This document shows, one piece after another, positions 59,824-64,000 of a stretch of DNA of 64,000 bases (position 1 is its first letter; the number at the start of each line of letters is the position of its first letter). The position numbers were made by a program, and so were the translations under genes. Source of the DNA: an uncultured virus (IMG/VR IMGVR_UViG_3300047383_000862) (lineage: Duplodnaviria > Heunggongvirae > Uroviricota > Caudoviricetes). Below the pieces are notes generated by a model. That model saw nothing but the letters and a program-made list of their open reading frames with translations. It did no database searches and had not been told where the DNA came from. Where the stretch lies: IMG/VR virus record IMGVR_UViG_3300047383_000862; one strand, given 5' to 3'.

Positions 59824-60175
59824 AATAAAAACTCATGCTTTGAGTAAGATCAAAGAGGAAGTTTGCGGCTTTATAGTAGAAGTAAATGACCAGCTCTTTG
59901 TCAAAGAATGCAAAAATGTCTCTTCTACCCCTGATTTGAAATTTGAAATTCATCCAGAAGCTTACTTAGACGCTAAATTAAATTCGGATATTTTAGCTAT
60001 ATACCATAGCCATCCAAATGACTCATCATTTTCAGAAGCTGACAAAATCATATCAAGAATGAATTGTTTGCCGAATGTATTGTATATAAATTCAAAAGAC
60101 AAATTTGAAGCGTATTATCCTGATTTGTGTAAAAAATATAGAATCGACAAAATAAAGGAGTTGATAAATGGTTGA
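59804..60175 (+). CDS. tail assembly protein K-like JAB/MPN metalloprotease (no NlpC/P60 domain)
   Basis: EEVCG, YHSHP...FS.AD; start moved to ATG 59804 with AGAAGGA SD. Confidence 0.85.
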   Translation: MKLILNRIKTHALSKIKEEVCGFIVEVNDQLFVKECKNVSSTPDLKFEIHPEAYLDAKLNSDILAIYHSHPNDSSFSEADKIISRMNCLPNVLYINSKDKFEAYYPDLCKKYRIDKIKELING

Positions 60176-60662
60176 AGTATATTTACATGGCATTTTTGAA
60201 GAAGTTTTTGAACAAAAATATACTTTTGAGCTCGAATCCGTACAAGATGTTATCAAGGCTATAGATGCCGTTGAGGGCAATTTTATGAATTTTTTAGCTA
60301 AAAATTTTGACCAAATGGAATTTACTATATTAGTTGATAAAAAAATATTATCTATTGAGGACGCTAATATTAAAAACTTTAAAAGAATAGATATAATCCC
60401 CGCAATAAAAGGTGGATTGTTTTGGTTTTTTGTGGGGCTTTTTGTATCAATTGGCGTGGCTGTAATTATGGCGTCAGCTTCCGTTCAAGCTCCTACTATG
60501 GATAATGCTTCGACTCAATCAGCTAAAACTAAATCTTATTCTTTTCGGGGTGAAACAAATGTAGAAAAACAAGGTAGCCCTGTGCCTGTTGGTTATGGAG
60601 CTTTAAGAGTTGGTAGTTATGTTGTAGGTAACCAAACATGGAACAGGAATTTATTTAGATGA
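60168..60662 (+). CDS. tail assembly protein I-like (ubiquitin-like domain plus hydrophobic segment)
   Basis: VYLHG, IDIIPAIKGG, SYSF.G..N...QG.PVPVGYG..RVGS. Confidence 0.88.
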   Translation: MVEVYLHGIFEEVFEQKYTFELESVQDVIKAIDAVEGNFMNFLAKNFDQMEFTILVDKKILSIEDANIKNFKRIDIIPAIKGGLFWFFVGLFVSIGVAVIMASASVQAPTMDNASTQSAKTKSYSFRGETNVEKQGSPVPVGYGALRVGSYVVGNQTWNRNLFR

Positions 60663-61192
60663 TCGATGTAAAATTTCACGGACCTTTAGAAAAAACTCTT
60701 GGCAGAAAAAAATACAAGAGCATAGAGGAGTTAGAATTTTTTCTAGCATATAACATTTATCCGTCTAAAGTTATTAAAAAAGAAGATTCTTACATTGTTG
60801 TGCCTTTAATATCTGGTGGAGGTGGAAAAGGTAAGGGTCAAAAAGCTCCCGTTCCATTGCTGAAACCTCCGTCTCCTGGAGAAAATGCTTTACAGAGTTT
60901 TTCCCAGTCTGAAGTTGTAGATTTGATTTGCGAAGGCCCTATAGAAGGATTTTGCGACTCAAATGGAAATCTAGTTAGTGGGCCTGAAATAGCAAAAGGA
61001 GTTTACCTTAACGGCACGGTTGTGCAAAACCAAAATGGAACATATAATTTTAGAAAATTAGCATTAAATTGGGTTCCAGGCGACCATCAAGGCATAGACC
61101 ATAATCGGCACACTTGGTCTAGAACAAAAATATACAATACAGCTAGCATATCGCAGAACTTAGTTGGGCCAAATATGGCAACTCCTGAATAA
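60659..61192 (+). CDS. ubiquitin-like domain fused to the N-terminal part of tail-tip protein J
   Basis: MIDVKFHG...IVVPLISGG followed by GGKG, LQS...VVDLICEGPIEG, VYLNGT.VQN..G.YNF. Confidence 0.8.
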   Translation: MIDVKFHGPLEKTLGRKKYKSIEELEFFLAYNIYPSKVIKKEDSYIVVPLISGGGGKGKGQKAPVPLLKPPSPGENALQSFSQSEVVDLICEGPIEGFCDSNGNLVSGPEIAKGVYLNGTVVQNQNGTYNFRKLALNWVPGDHQGIDHNRHTWSRTKIYNTASISQNLVGPNMATPE

Positions 61193-61200
61193 ATGTAAAA

Positions 61201-64000
61201 ATGATTGATTTAATTTTTAATTTTTTGATAAATTCAACAGATGGCGTAATGCAGGCGTTCCTCTTTTTCTCCCCTGCAATGTATGAGATGCTTTTTAAGA
61301 AAAAAGGCAAAAAAACTAGCGAAAGCGAAGCTGCATCATGGTTTCAAAGTTACGGTTCTCATATTGGATTTTTTATGGGCGAAGCTAGCTCTGAAGTTAT
61401 TGATAGAGCTAAAAGATTTGGGTACGCTGCTAGCCAAGTAGAACATGGATCAGACATCAGGTATCACACAAGTCAAAGAAATTTTACTTCATGGAGTCCT
61501 GGTTATTCAGAATTTAGCGAAGGAGGATTTCCTGTTAGTCATACTATCACAAATCCTGAAGTAGACTTTGCATACGTAACAATTTCAATAGATAATTTAA
61601 GAGATACTGTTGATCATGGCGCAGGCCATGGAGATATAGGAGCTATGACAACAGCAAGAGAGCATAGAGTCGGATTTTGCGTGGAAATTGGAATCAATGG
61701 ACTGACTGATGCAGAAGCTCAATCCGCTGAGTTCATTCAATGGTTGAACTATCATGGCCTACAACAAACCTCTTCATACCCTAGAAAAACAATAACCAGA
61801 AACTATTTCGTACAAGGTTTAGTGAATGGCGGTAGTTATTTAATTGATGTTGGAAGGCAAGAATTTAACAGCGCTGGATTTCAAGATGGCTTTGGTGAAT
61901 ATAATCAAGCATCTAGACCTATGGCATCTTTAGAAGATGGCTCTGATCCTGGCGCAGTTTACGACGCTGAGGGGCTTGAGGGTACAACTGTAGACCAGTC
62001 CATCCCTCATGATTATGACCCAGGCCAAGATGGCGGACCTGGATTAGGGTTGAATAGATTTCAACAATTCACAGATAATTCTTTGAGAAGTGCTTTCGAG
62101 CAAGGTATGCAGACGTTTTTTTTACCGATGAGAGATGCAAATAATTCTTACAATTGCTGGAAAATGCCTCCTTCAATCGCTGGTAAAACTAGATTTATAA
62201 AAGTAACTAGAACGGGTAGAGAGTTGATATCTCCAATTATGCAATCGCAAATATCATTCAAGTCTTGCACTGAAATTATCGACGAAAAACTAGCCTATCC
62301 ATATAGCGCTGTCATCCAGCAATCCTTTAACTCTAGATATTTTACATCTAAACCTGAAAGAAGTTATCATTTAAGATTAAAAAAGATTTTAATCCCCGCT
62401 AATTATACTCCTGATAATAGAAACGTTCCAGGATCAAACGTTTATTCTGGTAATTGGGATGGGACATTCAAGTACGAATGGTCTGATAATCCAGCTTGGG
62501 TATTATACGATTTAATGACTAATAACAGGTATGGAATTGGAGCTTATTTAGACATTAATAAAATAGATAAATGGACTCTTTACAAAATAGGAAGATATTG
62601 TGATGCGGTAGATGATAGTGGGAATTTTGTAGGCGTAGATAATACTTATAATGGAAAAGAGCCTCGTTATACATTTAACGCAATAATTAGTAGAGAAGAA
62701 GAAGCTTATAATTTACTTAAAACAATATCAGAAACTTTTCATGGAATGGCTTATTGGGATGGTAGGGGAGTTTCAATTTCTTTAGATGGTGGAGGAAATG
62801 CTGTTTCATTTACGAGTTTTCAAAGTGGAACAAGTTATAGCGTCGGTCATGTTGTCGAATTTCCACACTCAACATTTAATTTTTATGAGAAAACAGCTTC
62901 TGGGGGAAATAACATTAAGCCAGGTTATGATAATAATTGGCAGTCTTATTGGAAAAAAGTGCCTGGTTTGCAAATAGATGAGCCAGCTATAAATTTTACT
63001 AACACTAATGTAGAAGGAGGCACTTTTGCGTATTATACATCATCTAAAAGCACTAGATATACTGTCGCTAGAGTTGGTTATATGGATAAAAAAGATAATT
63101 TCCGCAAAAAATATGAATACGTAGAAGATAAACAAGGAGTCAAAGAATTAGGAATAATTAAAAAGAATTTAGAGCCATTGGGTTGTACCTCTAGAGGTCA
63201 AGCTAGGAGAATGGGTAGATGGTTTTTCTTAACTTCAGCGATGAACACGGAAACTATAACCTTCACGACAGATTATAGAGCAGTCTTTCTTAAGCCTGGT
63301 AACATCATTAGTGTTAGCGATAGTTTGAAAAACACTAATCAATCTATAGGGAAAATTATAGAAATAAAAAATCAAGATACTCTAGTTTTAACGCATCCAA
63401 TATCATTAAAAACTCAAGAAGCTGGAAATTTATCTAACAGAGAATATTTTAATATAATTATAGGTAATATAGATCCAAGCTTTGATGTAAATTTTTTAGA
63501 TCAAAAAGGAGCGGTTTCAGCTCAAGATATTGAAGACTTGAATAAAGCGCAAAGAATAGAAGGTACAGTTTATCCTGCTGACGGGTCTTCCGAAATTACA
63601 AACGAAATTAAAGTAAAAAACTCCAGTGGGTCTTTCATTAATTTTACAACAGATATTCAAGATAAATACAATAACGATAGTTTAGAAGTTGTTTTAAAGG
63701 GGGCTGATTGGGCTTTGGTTGCTCCAAGCGATGGAAAAGCATATGTAGATGCTTGGAAAGAAAGAAAGTATAGAGTGCAGTCTATAGAAGAATCTTCTCA
63801 AGGCAAGTACGTAATTTCTGCAGTTCATTTTGATGAAGAAAAGCTTTCTTCAATGGATCAAACATTTCCTGTGATAACTCCAGAGTTTGATATAGAAATC
63901 GGAAACGCCTCTGAAGCTGTTAATGTAGGATCACCTGTTATAGAAAAATTTACTTATAAAAAAACTGATCCATTGAGTTTTGATTGTAAATTTTATACAA
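61201..64000 (+). CDS. tail-tip / host-specificity protein J, main part (runs off the window end)
   Basis: Open frame read manually: YPYSA, IPANY, WDGTFKYEWSDNPAWVLYDLMTNNRYGIG, IDKWTLY.IGRYCD, EPRYTFN, GCTSRGQARRMGRW. Confidence 0.9.
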   Translation, partial: MIDLIFNFLINSTDGVMQAFLFFSPAMYEMLFKKKGKKTSESEAASWFQSYGSHIGFFMGEASSEVIDRAKRFGYAASQVEHGSDIRYHTSQRNFTSWSPGYSEFSEGGFPVSHTITNPEVDFAYVTISIDNLRDTVDHGAGHGDIGAMTTAREHRVGFCVEIGINGLTDAEAQSAEFIQWLNYHGLQQTSSYPRKTITRNYFVQGLVNGGSYLIDVGRQEFNSAGFQDGFGEYNQASRPMASLEDGSDPGAVYDAEGLEGTTVDQSIPHDYDPGQDGGPGLGLNRFQQFTDNSLRSAFEQGMQTFFLPMRDANNSYNCWKMPPSIAGKTRFIKVTRTGRELISPIMQSQISFKSCTEIIDEKLAYPYSAVIQQSFNSRYFTSKPERSYHLRLKKILIPANYTPDNRNVPGSNVYSGNWDGTFKYEWSDNPAWVLYDLMTNNRYGIGAYLDINKIDKWTLYKIGRYCDAVDDSGNFVGVDNTYNGKEPRYTFNAIISREEEAYNLLKTISETFHGMAYWDGRGVSISLDGGGNAVSFTSFQSGTSYSVGHVVEFPHSTFNFYEKTASGGNNIKPGYDNNWQSYWKKVPGLQIDEPAINFTNTNVEGGTFAYYTSSKSTRYTVARVGYMDKKDNFRKKYEYVEDKQGVKELGIIKKNLEPLGCTSRGQARRMGRWFFLTSAMNTETITFTTDYRAVFLKPGNIISVSDSLKNTNQSIGKIIEIKNQDTLVLTHPISLKTQEAGNLSNREYFNIIIGNIDPSFDVNFLDQKGAVSAQDIEDLNKAQRIEGTVYPADGSSEITNEIKVKNSSGSFINFTTDIQDKYNNDSLEVVLKGADWALVAPSDGKAYVDAWKERKYRVQSIEESSQGKYVISAVHFDEEKLSSMDQTFPVITPEFDIEIGNASEAVNVGSPVIEKFTYKKTDPLSFDCKFYT

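Noticed and set aside
61180..61203. Programmed frameshift joining the two J parts
   Set aside because: No slippery heptamer, and the downstream frame has a TGA at 61186-61188, leaving almost no overlap; a sequencing indel cannot be excluded without reads.
986..62977. Numerous short overlapping or antisense ORFs in the track (e.g. 986-1207, 3523-4034, 12126-12518, 27513-27905, 52677-52985, 62786-62977)
   Set aside because: Shadows of longer, motif-bearing genes on the other strand or frame.
1..64000. Stop-codon reassignment
   Set aside because: Conserved genes are full length under the standard code, and TAA, TAG and TGA all end genes.

Overview
AT-rich segment of a large tailed-phage genome (lambda-like tail-tip module), most likely infecting a marine PVC-superphylum host (Verrucomicrobia/Opitutales or Planctomycetes, inferred from DUF1501, DUF1549/DUF1553 and SHD1-like genes). 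About 0.5-30 kb is a minus-strand early or host-takeover region of many small ORFs. Many have their own sigma70 promoter placed 6-7 nt from the ATG (leaderless). It also holds gp88-like, DUF932-like, rIIA/rIIB, uvsE and ruvB genes. About 29-58 kb carries auxiliary genes: two speD, speE, a degenerate agmatine deiminase, a Bpt/ATE1-like transferase, ppa, dNMP kinase, a DUF1501 + DUF1549/1553 pair, a GDP-fucose/glycosyltransferase cluster (GT11 + GT6, ABO-like), a permuted JmjC protein and a porin. From 58.6 kb the plus strand encodes tail genes L, K (JAB only), I and a split J whose N-terminal piece carries a second ubiquitin-like domain. Non-coding highlights are a ~400-nt structured ORF-free transcript with a perfect promoter, boxA-like leader and terminator (7255-7650), a small kissing-loop RNA (8209-8270), a repeated 29-bp palindrome, and a second promoter-like motif, GTGTAA. 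All family assignments are by eye; no database searches were run.
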